Assembly: GCA_041389525.1 (NCBI GenBank)
Contig: JAWKRR010000015.1
Coordinates: 45,800-109,799 of the forward strand
Length of the DNA: 64,000 nt
From: Myxococcota bacterium
GTDB taxonomy: Bacteria > Myxococcota_A > UBA9042 > PHBI01 > JACKFB01
Reading direction: 5' to 3'
Part shown: positions 53,070 to 62,343 of the stretch, piece by piece
How positions within the stretch are numbered: the stretch's first letter is position 1
Layout of the letters: the number at the start of each line of letters is the position of its first letter
Translations under genes and position numbers: made by a program
Notes under the pieces: generated by a model
What the model saw: only the letters and a program-made list of their open reading frames with translations
Database searches by the model: none
What the model was told of the DNA's origin: nothing

Positions 53070-53954
53070 TTGCGCGAGTTTCTACAACGCCATCGAGTGA
53101 GCATCAGTTCTTTTGCGGCGCTTGTCGTGCCGTTGTTCCTGCTCTACGTCCACGGCCGCAGCCCGCGAAAGACCACGGTCATCGAGGTCGCGTTGCTGCG
53201 TGTGACTGCGCCCGTGGAGTCGGCGGCCTCGAGCTCCCTCGCCGGCCTGCGCGACATCTGGGCGAGCTACATCGCGCTGGTGGACCTGGCAGAGGACAAC
53301 GCCAAGCTCACGCGGGACATCGAGATCCTCACCGCGGAGGCGCTGGCCGCCAAAGAGCTGCGCCACGAGAACACGCGGCTACGCGAGCTGCTGGAGTTCA
53401 AGCGCGGACGCCAGGATCTCCAGACGGTGGCGGCCCACATCATCGGGCAGGAGGTCTCGCCCTTCGCCCGCGTGGTGCGCGTTTCTATCGACGTGGGCAG
53501 CTCCGACGGCATCGAGGAGGGCATGCCCGTCGTGTCGGCGCAGGGGCTGGTCGGGCGCGTCAAGGTCGTGTCGGGGCGGTACGCCGAGGTGATGCTCGCC
53601 GTCGATGCCCGCTCGTCGATCAACGTCCGGATTTCCGGTAAGGGAGTCAGCGGTAACCTTGAAGGGACTGGCGCGAATGACGAGTACGCGGCGCGATTGC
53701 TCTACCTGCACAAGGCCGAGCCGCTGGTCGTCGGCGACACCGTCGTCACCTCGGGCCACGACAAGGTCTTTCCGCCCGGCATCGAGGTCGGCTACATCCG
53801 CTCGCTGCAGGAGCGGCAGAGCGGCGTGTACTACGAGCTGCAGGTCACGCCAGCGGTGAACTTCTCGATCCTGGAGGAGGTGGCCGTCGTCATCGGGTTC
53901 TCGGGCTCGGACGTGGGTGAGGAGCCGCCGCCCGCCGCCGGCGGTGCACCATGA
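53070..53954 (+). CDS. mreC: rod shape-determining protein MreC
   Basis: N-terminal TM, coiled coil and beta-rich periplasmic domain. Immediately after mreB. Confidence 0.85.
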   Translation: MREFLQRHRVSISSFAALVVPLFLLYVHGRSPRKTTVIEVALLRVTAPVESAASSSLAGLRDIWASYIALVDLAEDNAKLTRDIEILTAEALAAKELRHENTRLRELLEFKRGRQDLQTVAAHIIGQEVSPFARVVRVSIDVGSSDGIEEGMPVVSAQGLVGRVKVVSGRYAEVMLAVDARSSINVRISGKGVSGNLEGTGANDEYAARLLYLHKAEPLVVGDTVVTSGHDKVFPPGIEVGYIRSLQERQSGVYYELQVTPAVNFSILEEVAVVIGFSGSDVGEEPPPAAGGAP

Positions 53955-54472
53955 GAGATCTCGCGATCTTCCTCATCGCCTTCCTGATGCTGGCTTTCGA
54001 GTCGCCCTTGCTGCATCAGGCGAATCTGGCGCCCTACGCCCCCGACACCGCGCTGCTGGTCGTGCTCTACGTCGGCCTCACCTCGCGGTTTGAGCGCGGC
54101 CTCTTCCTGGCCCTGGCCCTAGGCTTGCTCAAAGACGGCTTCGTGATGGCCAGCCCGGTCGGCCTCTACATGGTCATCATGGTCATCGCGTTCATGGCCA
54201 CCTACCGCCTCTCGCAGCGGCTGGCCCTCCGCGGCGCGTTCGGGGTCATGGTGCTCGCCGTCGTCGCCAGCCTCGGCGCCTCCCTGGTCGAGCTCTTCCT
54301 GTCGCTCATCTTCGACCGCAGCTTCGGCGACAGCAGCCGCGGCCCGGCCCTGGTCCTCGGCGCGATGCTGCCCGAGGCCCTCGTCACCGCGCCCTTTGCG
54401 CCGGCGATCTTCTGGGTCATGGACCGCCTCGACGGCTTCCTCTCCCGCAAGAATGAATCGGTATTTCGGTGA
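53951..54472 (+). CDS. mreD: rod shape-determining protein MreD
   Basis: 173 aa polytopic membrane protein. 4-nt overlap with mreC and with mrdA. Confidence 0.8.
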   Translation: MRDLAIFLIAFLMLAFESPLLHQANLAPYAPDTALLVVLYVGLTSRFERGLFLALALGLLKDGFVMASPVGLYMVIMVIAFMATYRLSQRLALRGAFGVMVLAVVASLGASLVELFLSLIFDRSFGDSSRGPALVLGAMLPEALVTAPFAPAIFWVMDRLDGFLSRKNESVFR

Positions 54473-56691
54473 TCTCCGTCGCGCCCGCCGAGCTGCGACG
54501 TGGCCGCCTGGGCGTGGCGCTCACGATCTTCACCCTGCTCTTCATCGGCCTGGAGGCGCGGCTCTTCTACCTGCAGATCCTGCGCGGCGAGGACTTCCGC
54601 GAGCGCGCCCGCATCAGCGTGATCTCCCGCGAACGCATCCCCGCCCGCCGCGGCGAGATCCGTGACCGCGAGGGCCGCGTCCTCGCCCGCAACGTCGCCA
54701 CCTACGAGATCGAGATCACCCCCCACTTCGTCATCCGCGCCGGCCGCGACGACGTCCTGGACCGCCTCTCCGCCGTCATCGGCCTCAGCGCCGACGAGCG
54801 CCTCACCCTCAACGAGGCCATCGACGAGGCGGTCGCGAACAACAAGGTCTGGGAGCCCATCGCCCTGGACCGCGACCTGGTCGCCGACACCTGCCCGGTC
54901 GACGGCACCACGCTGCAGATCCGCGACGAGGTAAACCGCACCTACCTCTGCCCGCAAGACGGCGACGTCTTCGAGCCCATCGACGACAAGGCCACCTACT
55001 GCCCCCACGACCGCGCCCGCCTCACCTGGGACGGCCCGCCCCGCACCGTCGCGGGCTGTCCGAAGTGCAAGCGCCGCTTCCTGACCACGGCCCAGTGCCC
55101 CGACCACGACGTCCCGCTCCATGTGGTGGACCAGAACCTGGAGTGCCCGCTCTGCAAGCGCACCTACAGCAACGAGGTCGCGGCGCTGCAGAGCCACCTC
55201 TACGACCTGCCTGGGGTCGAGGTCGACACCGACTTCAAGCGTGAGTATCCGTTTCAATACGATGCGGCGCACTTGATAGGATACATGAACCGGGTGACGG
55301 CCGCGGACCGAGAGCGGTGGCCCGACATCTACGGCCTTCAGGACGTGGTCGGCCGCGCGGGTGTCGAGCGGGCGCTCGAGACCGAGCTCCGCGGTGAGCG
55401 CGGTGAGTCGCTGTCGATCAAGGACGCGCGCGGCCATCGAACCAGCTCGTCGGACGCCCAGGTGCTGGCCGGCGAGAGCGAGTTTCAGCGCGCCATCCCC
55501 GGCCTGGACGTGTGGCTGACCCTCGACATGGACCTCCAGAAGGAGGTGCGGAAGGCTTTCCGCTACTACGCGTCCGGCGCCGCGGTGGTCGTCGACCCCA
55601 ACACCGGCGAGGTCCTGGCGTCCTACGCGAAGCCCGGGTTCGACCCCAACGAGCTCACCGGCGGCATCGACTCCGCGCGGTGGGCCGAGATCCAGGAGAA
55701 CCCTTACGCGCCGTTGATGAACAAGGCCCTGACCGCCTTCGCGCCGGGCTCGGTCTACAAGATCGTCACCGGGCTCGCGGCGCAGGTCGAGTCCATCATC
55801 ACCCCCGACGTGACCATCGATTGCCCCGGCCACTACGACTACAAGGGGCGCCGATTCCACTGCCACAACCGCACCGGCCACGGCGCCGTCGACCTCATCG
55901 GCGGGTTCGCCCACTCGTGCGACGTCTACTTCTACCGGGTCGGCGAGATGCTCGGCATCGACCGGATGGCCCGCTACGGGCACGCGTTTGGCTTCGGCGA
56001 GGCCACCGGGATCGAGGTCAGCGAGCGCTCCGGCTTGGTGCCGACCCGGAAGTGGCACGAGGAGGAGACGACCCTCGGTTGGCAGCCCGGCTTCGCGCTG
56101 TCGACGGCCATCGGGCAGGGTTCGCTGACCGCCTCGCCGCTGCAGGTCGCCAGGGCCTTCGCGGCCGTAGCCAACGGCGGAAACCTGCTGCAGATGCACC
56201 TCGTGTCGAAGCTCACCGACGAGCACGGCAACGTGGTTCACCAGGCCTCGCCGCAGGTCACGGGGCGCCTGCCGGGCACGGCGGCTCAGCTCTCGGTCAT
56301 CCGGGAGGCGCTGGTCCGCGTGGTCAACGACCCCAGCGGCACCGCCCGCGACGTGGCGCTGCAGAGCATCGTCATCGCAGGAAAGACCGGCACCGCTGAG
56401 GCCGCCCAGGTGCGCGCCGGCGTGTCCGCCGAGATGGCCACGTGGCTCAAGGAAGACCACGCCTGGTTCGCCGCCTACGCCCCCGCGGAGCAGCCCCAGA
56501 TCGTCGTCGTGGTCTTCGTCGAGCACGGCGGCTCCGGCTCGAAGATGGCCGGCCCCATCGCCCAGCGCATCATCTCCTCGTGGATGCGGATGGGGCGCTA
56601 CCGCGCGCCGGAGCTGGGCGCCGACTTCATCGACGCCGCGCCCGGTGCCGTCGACCTCCCGCCCGACGACGACCCGCAGGAGGCGCCATGA
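54469..56691 (+). CDS. mrdA: penicillin-binding protein 2 (elongasome transpeptidase) carrying a ~100-aa Cys-rich insertion
   Basis: PBP dimerisation and transpeptidase domains. SxxK is VLASYAKPGF. SxN is GSVYKIV...S.. KTG is IAGKTGTAE. The protein is 740 aa, longer than typical PBP2. Residues about 142-229 contain six CP.. motifs, including CPKC and CPLC. Confidence 0.9.
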   Translation: MISVAPAELRRGRLGVALTIFTLLFIGLEARLFYLQILRGEDFRERARISVISRERIPARRGEIRDREGRVLARNVATYEIEITPHFVIRAGRDDVLDRLSAVIGLSADERLTLNEAIDEAVANNKVWEPIALDRDLVADTCPVDGTTLQIRDEVNRTYLCPQDGDVFEPIDDKATYCPHDRARLTWDGPPRTVAGCPKCKRRFLTTAQCPDHDVPLHVVDQNLECPLCKRTYSNEVAALQSHLYDLPGVEVDTDFKREYPFQYDAAHLIGYMNRVTAADRERWPDIYGLQDVVGRAGVERALETELRGERGESLSIKDARGHRTSSSDAQVLAGESEFQRAIPGLDVWLTLDMDLQKEVRKAFRYYASGAAVVVDPNTGEVLASYAKPGFDPNELTGGIDSARWAEIQENPYAPLMNKALTAFAPGSVYKIVTGLAAQVESIITPDVTIDCPGHYDYKGRRFHCHNRTGHGAVDLIGGFAHSCDVYFYRVGEMLGIDRMARYGHAFGFGEATGIEVSERSGLVPTRKWHEEETTLGWQPGFALSTAIGQGSLTASPLQVARAFAAVANGGNLLQMHLVSKLTDEHGNVVHQASPQVTGRLPGTAAQLSVIREALVRVVNDPSGTARDVALQSIVIAGKTGTAEAAQVRAGVSAEMATWLKEDHAWFAAYAPAEQPQIVVVVFVEHGGSGSKMAGPIAQRIISSWMRMGRYRAPELGADFIDAAPGAVDLPPDDDPQEAP

Positions 56692-57839
56692 GGGGGCGTC
56701 GCGCGCTCGGCGACGTCAGCAACTGGTTGGCCTTGGGCATCATCATCTTGCTCGTCGCCATCAGTCTGGTCAGCCAGCGCAATGCCGATTGGTACTCCGG
56801 CGACTCGTTCTACGAGCTGCAGGTCGTCTGGTACCTCATCGGCGGCATCGCGTTCGTGCTGGCCGCCCTGGTCGAGCTTCGCCTCGTGGAGCGCGCGAGC
56901 TACGTCATCTTGGGCGCCTGCGTGGTGCTCCTGCTGCTGACGGCGCTGGTCGGTACCGAGGTCAATCACTCCAAACGCTGGCTGCGCTTCGGCGACCTGA
57001 ACCTCCAGGCCTCCGAGGTCGCGAAGCTTGGCGTCATCCTGGCCCTCGCGCGCTTCTTTCACTCCCGCAAGGAGCGCATCCCCGGCGCGCCCGCCGAGAA
57101 GGAAGGCCCCTACCGCCTGCGCGAGCTGTGGCGCCCGGGCGTGATGGTGGGCGTCCCCTTCCTCCTCATCCTGACCCAGCCCGATCTCGGGACCTCGCTC
57201 TTGGTCATGCTGGTCTCGCTCACCATCGTCTTTTGGGAGGGGCTGCACCGACGCACCCTCGCCCTGGTGCTCGTCATCGGGCTGGTCGGCGTGCCGGTCG
57301 CTTGGCAGTACGGCGGCCTGCGCTACTACCAGAAGAAGCGCGTGGTCGAGTGGATCAACGCGGACTGGGCCAAGCTCGACGCCGACTCCGGCACCTTCGC
57401 GCGCGGCGCTCACCTTCAGTCCGAGCAGGCCGTGTGGGCCATCGGCTCCGGCGAGTTCTGGGGCCACGGGAGCCGCGCGGGCGGGCAGTCACGCCTGAAA
57501 TACCTGCCCGAGATGCACACCGACATGATCATCGCGACCTTCGCCGAGGAGCAAGGTTTCATCGGGTGCTCTCTGCTCTTGGCGCTCTTCTGGCTGCTGG
57601 TCCTGTGGGGGCTGCGGACGGCCTCAGAAGCCAAGGATCGCTACTGCGCCTTGCTCTCAGTAGGTGTGGTGTCGATGATCGCGTGGCAAGTCTTCATCAA
57701 CATCGGCATGGTCGCAGGGTTGCTACCGATCGTGGGTCTCCCCCTCCCATTTCTGAGCTACGGCGGCAGCGCGGCGCTCACGACGATGACAAGCCTGGGG
57801 CTGCTCTTCAACGTCGCCCTCCGCCGCGGTCGGCTGTGA
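56688..57839 (+). CDS. mrdB: peptidoglycan glycosyltransferase RodA (SEDS family)
   Basis: MRGRRALGDVSNWLALGIIILLVAISLV... SEDS-family polytopic protein. ATGA overlap with the mrdA stop. The longer ORF-track version is an upstream out-of-context extension. Confidence 0.9.
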   Translation: MRGRRALGDVSNWLALGIIILLVAISLVSQRNADWYSGDSFYELQVVWYLIGGIAFVLAALVELRLVERASYVILGACVVLLLLTALVGTEVNHSKRWLRFGDLNLQASEVAKLGVILALARFFHSRKERIPGAPAEKEGPYRLRELWRPGVMVGVPFLLILTQPDLGTSLLVMLVSLTIVFWEGLHRRTLALVLVIGLVGVPVAWQYGGLRYYQKKRVVEWINADWAKLDADSGTFARGAHLQSEQAVWAIGSGEFWGHGSRAGGQSRLKYLPEMHTDMIIATFAEEQGFIGCSLLLALFWLLVLWGLRTASEAKDRYCALLSVGVVSMIAWQVFINIGMVAGLLPIVGLPLPFLSYGGSAALTTMTSLGLLFNVALRRGRL

Positions 57840-58618
57840 TGGGCGCCCGCCTCAGCGCTTCCCTGGCTTGGCTCGCGGCGGGCGCGCTCGCGCTCGGCTC
57901 CGCGTGCGATCTGCCGCTGCCCAACTCCCAGTCCAACTTCGTCGACTCGGCCTTCGGCGACGTCGAGGCCGAGGTGCTCGAGCTCGACGGCGCCGCCCTC
58001 GGCCCCGTGATGACCGAGCTCTTCCTGCGTTTCCGAAGCTACATCGCGCTGCGCGAGGTCCTCTCCTTCGCCGACTTGGACGACGAGGACGCCTGCATCT
58101 CCCAGCTCGACGGCACCGTCGACGACTTCCGCTTCATCGTCGATCTCGCCTGCCGATTCGGCGCCGTCGCGTCCGCCTCCGGCCAGGTGGACGTCCGCCA
58201 ACGCCAGATCGACTCCGACCCCGTCCCGGTCTTTCGCGTCGACGCCATCTACCTGAACTCGCACGTGGGCGCCGTCCGGGTCGACGGCACCGAGCAGATC
58301 GTCGAGACCGGCACCGACGACGGCGGCAGCGTCCGCACCTTGGCGTTGACCCAGAACGGCTTCGCCTTCGACTACACCTTCCGCCTCGGCCAACTCGACC
58401 CCGAGACGCCGGTCTTCGACTACGCCTTCGACATCGGCGGCGTCTCCGGCCAGGGCGTCTCGGTGCGCCTCACCAACCCCGCGACCGTGGGGGCCTTCGC
58501 GACCGTGCTGGTCACCGGCGTCGACGGCGTGCTGCGCTGCGAAATCCGAGACGCCGCCTGGGAGCCCGGCGACCCGGCCCGCGGCACCTGCGACAACGGC
58601 GCCACCTTCGGCCTCTGA
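57839..58618 (+). CDS. hypothetical lipoprotein translationally coupled to rodA
   Basis: MGARLSASLAWLAAGALALGSAC lipobox. About 259 aa beta-rich protein. Start codon overlaps the rodA stop (TGATG). Confidence 0.5.
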   Translation: MGARLSASLAWLAAGALALGSACDLPLPNSQSNFVDSAFGDVEAEVLELDGAALGPVMTELFLRFRSYIALREVLSFADLDDEDACISQLDGTVDDFRFIVDLACRFGAVASASGQVDVRQRQIDSDPVPVFRVDAIYLNSHVGAVRVDGTEQIVETGTDDGGSVRTLALTQNGFAFDYTFRLGQLDPETPVFDYAFDIGGVSGQGVSVRLTNPATVGAFATVLVTGVDGVLRCEIRDAAWEPGDPARGTCDNGATFGL

Positions 58619-58753
58619 CCCGGCCCGGCCCCACCGGCCGCTCGCCCGCTCCGAGCGCCCGCGCGTCTGCGTCATTGACCGCCCAGGTGGGCGTTCCTAT
58701 AGTCCGCGACCTGCCGAGCGCATTTGGCGTCCGGGTTGCTACGGAGGGCCTCC

Positions 58754-59083
58754 ATGGCCAGCGCGAACGTGCACGAATTCACCGATACCTCCTTCGACGC
58801 CGAAGTGGTGCAGAGCGATCTTCCCGTCCTCGTCGACTTCTGGGCCAGCTGGTGCGGCCCTTGCCGCGCCCTCGCGCCCGTCATCGAGGAGATCGCGAGC
58901 GAGAACGTCGGCAAGCTGAAGGTCGGCAAGGTCAACACCGACGACCACCAGAACATCGCCGCGCGCCTGAAAGTCCAGGCGCTGCCCACCCTCTACGTCT
59001 TCAAGGGCGGCGAGGTGGTCGAGCGCCTCGTGGGCAACCAGCCCAAGGCGCGGATCGTGGACGCCATCAAGCGCCACATGTGA
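58754..59083 (+). CDS. trxA: thioredoxin
   Basis: WCGPC active site. 109 aa from ATG at 58754. The ORF track starts at an upstream TTG. Confidence 0.9.
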   Translation: MASANVHEFTDTSFDAEVVQSDLPVLVDFWASWCGPCRALAPVIEEIASENVGKLKVGKVNTDDHQNIAARLKVQALPTLYVFKGGEVVERLVGNQPKARIVDAIKRHM

Positions 59084-59123
59084 TCACCCGGACCGGGATC
59101 GCCCGAATGATCGTGGGGATCCG

Positions 59124-59909
59124 ATGACGGCGAGCTTTCTACTGGCTGCGGCGGCATCCTTCGGGGTGGCCGCCGCCGCGTTTCTGGCGTGGCTGGTCCG
59201 GTACGACGAGCGCTGGCGCGGGCGCGGCGCGTGGGCGACCTTCTTCGGGACGCTGATGCTGCTCGGGGCGTCCACGGTCGAGCTGGCCGTCTCGCCGGAG
59301 CCGGCGCTGCCGCTGGGCGCGCGGGTCTTGCTGCTGTTGGTCTTCGGCGTGTGCGCCGTCTTCCTGACCAGCCGCCTGCGCAAAGATCTGCCCCTGGCCG
59401 GCCCGGTCGTGGCGCCCCTGGCCGCCGCCGTGACCTTCGCGCTCGCCATCAAAGCGGGCCGCGGCGCGCTCCCCGACAGCGGCACGGTGATGGGCGCGGT
59501 CACCGCGCTGCATATCGGCGCGACCTTGCTCGGCTTTCTGCTCTTCGCGCCCGCCTACGTGCTGAGCGTGCTCTTCCTCGATCAGGAGTACCGCCTGCGC
59601 ACGAAGACCCGCGGCTCGGTGCACCTCCCCAGCCTCCTTGGAAGCGAGCAGCTCGCGTGGCGCTTGGTCTTCGTGGGCTTCCCCGTCTACTCCGTCGGCG
59701 TCCTGCTCGGCTTCGTCTGGCAGGAGCGCGCTGGCCTCCACGTCACCTGGCGCGCCGAACACGTCCTGGCCGCGCTCAGCTGGGGCCTCTACGCCTACCT
59801 CACCGGCCGCCGCCTCAAGACCGGCTGGCGCGGCCGCCAAGCCGCGCTCGTGATGCAGGTCGCCTTCGTGACCACGCTCGCCGCCGTCATGCTCTACGTG
59901 ATGAGGTAA
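59124..59909 (+). CDS. cytochrome c assembly-family membrane protein (CcsA/HemX-like) preceding hemA
   Basis: Polytopic membrane protein with a Trp-rich C-terminal segment. Sits directly upstream of hemA, as HemX/CcsA-like genes do in many heme operons. Confidence 0.55.
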   Translation: MTASFLLAAAASFGVAAAAFLAWLVRYDERWRGRGAWATFFGTLMLLGASTVELAVSPEPALPLGARVLLLLVFGVCAVFLTSRLRKDLPLAGPVVAPLAAAVTFALAIKAGRGALPDSGTVMGAVTALHIGATLLGFLLFAPAYVLSVLFLDQEYRLRTKTRGSVHLPSLLGSEQLAWRLVFVGFPVYSVGVLLGFVWQERAGLHVTWRAEHVLAALSWGLYAYLTGRRLKTGWRGRQAALVMQVAFVTTLAAVMLYVMR

Positions 59910-60073
59910 GGGCCTGTATGAGAACGACTACGCCGATTTCGCAGCGGATGCATCCTCACCAGCACCCACTCGAAGCCTTGCAGTATCAAGATACAGCTTC
60001 GGAATTCGAGTGCGCGCCGGTGAGGTGCCTCCTCGCGATCTCACCGTACCTGTCTCCACACAGGCCCTAGCGG

Positions 60074-61387
60074 GTGCGGTTGCTGGTCATGGGGATGAAT
60101 CATCGCTCGGCCGCCGTGGGGCTGCGCGAGGCCTTCGCCGTCGCCCCCGACGACATGCCGGGCGTGCTGCGCGACCTCGTCGCCGAGCCAGGCATCGCCG
60201 AGGCCATGGTCATCTCGACCTGCAACCGCGTGGAGGCCTACGTCGTCCCCGAGTCCGAGGACGAGGCGCGGGCGTCGCTGACCCGTGTGCTGGCGGCGCG
60301 CCGCGGCCTGGACCTGCGCGCGATCGAGGCCGCGACCTACACGTCGGGCGGCCGCGACGCCGTCCACCACCTGCTGCGCGTCGCCTCCAGCCTGGACTCG
60401 ATGGTGGTCGGCGAGCCGCAGATCCTGGGCCAGGTCAAAGAGGCCGCCCAGGTCGCGCGCGCCGCGGGCACCGTGGGGCCGCTGCTCGGGCGCCTGCTGG
60501 ACCGGACCTTCGCCACGGCCAAATCCGTCCGAACCCAGACCGGCATCGGCGAGAACGTCGTCTCCATCGGCTCGGTGGCGGTGGACCTCGCCCGGCGCAT
60601 CTTTCAGCGCCTGGAGGACTCCAAGGTGCTGCTGGTCGGCGCCGGAAAGATGGGTGAGGCGACCGCCCGCTCGCTCGCCAGCGCAGGCGCAGCGCGGGTC
60701 TACGTGGCCAATCGCTCCTACGACCGCGCGGTGACCCTGGCCGAGCGCCACGGCTGGCGCGCCCGCGCGCTGACCGAGCTCGAGGAGCTGCTGGCCGAGG
60801 TCGACATCGTCATCACGTCGACCGGCGCGACGCGCCCCATCATCGACACCGCGATTGTGCGACGCGTCATTCCGCGGCGGAAGTACCGGCCGCTCTTCAT
60901 CGTCGACATCGCGGTGCCACGCGACGTTTCGCCTGATGTCGGCGATCTGGACACAGTGTATCTCTACAACGTGGACGACCTGGAAGGGGTGAGCCGCGAC
61001 GCCATGGTGCGACGCGAGAAAGAGGCCCACGCCGCCGAGGGGCTGGTCCGGGTCGAGCTGGAGACCTTGGAGCGGTGGTACGAGCAGCTCGCCGTGCAGC
61101 CGATCCTCGCGGCCATTCGCAACCGGGCGGAGACCATCGCGCGGGCCGAGGTCGAGCGGACGCTCCAGAAGCGCTTGGCGCACCTCGACGAGAGCGATCG
61201 CGAGGCCATCTACAAGATGACCCACGCGCTGGTCGCCAAGATCCTGCACCCGACCATGACCACGGTGCGCGCGCTCGCAGGCGACGCCGCGGCCACGGAG
61301 CTCTTGGCGACCGCGCGGCTGTTGCACGGCCTCGACGAGCAGGCGGCCCCTGAACCCGATGACGCGAGCGACGGAGGTGAGCGGTGA
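60074..61387 (+). CDS. hemA: glutamyl-tRNA reductase
   Basis: LLVMGMNHRSAAVGLRE...ISTCNRVEAYV...; Rossmann GAGKMG. Confidence 0.95.
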   Translation: MRLLVMGMNHRSAAVGLREAFAVAPDDMPGVLRDLVAEPGIAEAMVISTCNRVEAYVVPESEDEARASLTRVLAARRGLDLRAIEAATYTSGGRDAVHHLLRVASSLDSMVVGEPQILGQVKEAAQVARAAGTVGPLLGRLLDRTFATAKSVRTQTGIGENVVSIGSVAVDLARRIFQRLEDSKVLLVGAGKMGEATARSLASAGAARVYVANRSYDRAVTLAERHGWRARALTELEELLAEVDIVITSTGATRPIIDTAIVRRVIPRRKYRPLFIVDIAVPRDVSPDVGDLDTVYLYNVDDLEGVSRDAMVRREKEAHAAEGLVRVELETLERWYEQLAVQPILAAIRNRAETIARAEVERTLQKRLAHLDESDREAIYKMTHALVAKILHPTMTTVRALAGDAAATELLATARLLHGLDEQAAPEPDDASDGGER

Positions 61388-62343
61388 AGCTGACGATTGG
61401 GACGCGCGGTTCGGCGCTGGCGCTGGCGCAGTCCGAGCACATCCGGGACCGGCTGCTCGCGCTGCCAGGCGGCGACGTGGAATCGGTGGAGCTGAAGATC
61501 ATCCAGACCCGCGGCGACCAGGTGCTGGACGTGGCCCTGAGCAAGGTCGGCGGGAAGGGGCTATTCACCAAGGAGCTGGAGGAGGCGCTGCTCAGCGGCG
61601 AGGTGGACCTGGCGGTGCACTCGCTCAAGGACATGCCGTCCGAGCTGCCGCCGGGCTTGGTGCTGGCGGCGACGACGACCCGGGAAGACCCGCGGGACGC
61701 CTGGGTGTGCCCGGCAGGTAAGCCAGCCCGAGATCTGGCCGATCTGGACGCTGGCGCGGTCGTGGGCACCTCGAGCCTGCGTCGCCAGGCGCAGCTTCTG
61801 GCGACGCGGCCCGATCTTCGCGTGGTCCCGCTGCGTGGAAACGTCGGGACGCGGCTGCGCAAGCTCGACGAGGGCCAGGACGGCATGGAGGCGATCGTGC
61901 TGGCGGCCGCAGGGCTTCGCCGCCTGGGGCTGGCCGAGCGCATCACGCGGACCCTGGACCCGGCGCGCGACATGCTGCCCGCGGTGGGCCAGGGCGCGCT
62001 GACCATCGAGGTGCGCGAGGACGCGACGGCCCTGCGCGCGCTGCTGGCTCGGCTGACCGACCCCGACGCCCTGGACGCCACGACCGCCGAGCGGGCGTTC
62101 TTGCGGGCGGTGGAGGGGGGCTGTCAGGTGCCGGCATGCGCCTACGCGACGATCGTCGACGATCGGCTCGAATTGGCAGGATTTATCGGGGCTCCCGAGG
62201 GGCGGCCCTTCGTGCGCGACGCGGTGTCGGGCACCCGCGGCGAGGCGGCGGCGCTGGGGAGGGCGCTGGCGAAGCGGCTTCTCGATGCGGGCGGGCGGGC
62301 GATCATGGACGCGCTGCGCGCCGCGGAGCGTGCGGGTGGCTGA
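61384..62343 (+). CDS. hemC: hydroxymethylbilane synthase (porphobilinogen deaminase)
   Basis: LTIGTRGSALALAQSEHI...QTRGD... canonical HemC. 4-nt overlap with hemA. Confidence 0.95.
   Translation: MKLTIGTRGSALALAQSEHIRDRLLALPGGDVESVELKIIQTRGDQVLDVALSKVGGKGLFTKELEEALLSGEVDLAVHSLKDMPSELPPGLVLAATTTREDPRDAWVCPAGKPARDLADLDAGAVVGTSSLRRQAQLLATRPDLRVVPLRGNVGTRLRKLDEGQDGMEAIVLAAAGLRRLGLAERITRTLDPARDMLPAVGQGALTIEVREDATALRALLARLTDPDALDATTAERAFLRAVEGGCQVPACAYATIVDDRLELAGFIGAPEGRPFVRDAVSGTRGEAAALGRALAKRLLDAGGRAIMDALRAAERAGG

Noticed and set aside
59910-60073. AT-richer patch (CTTGCAGTATCAAGATACAG) upstream of hemA as a promoter
   Set aside because: It is plausible, but the -35/-10 spacing could not be established convincingly by eye.
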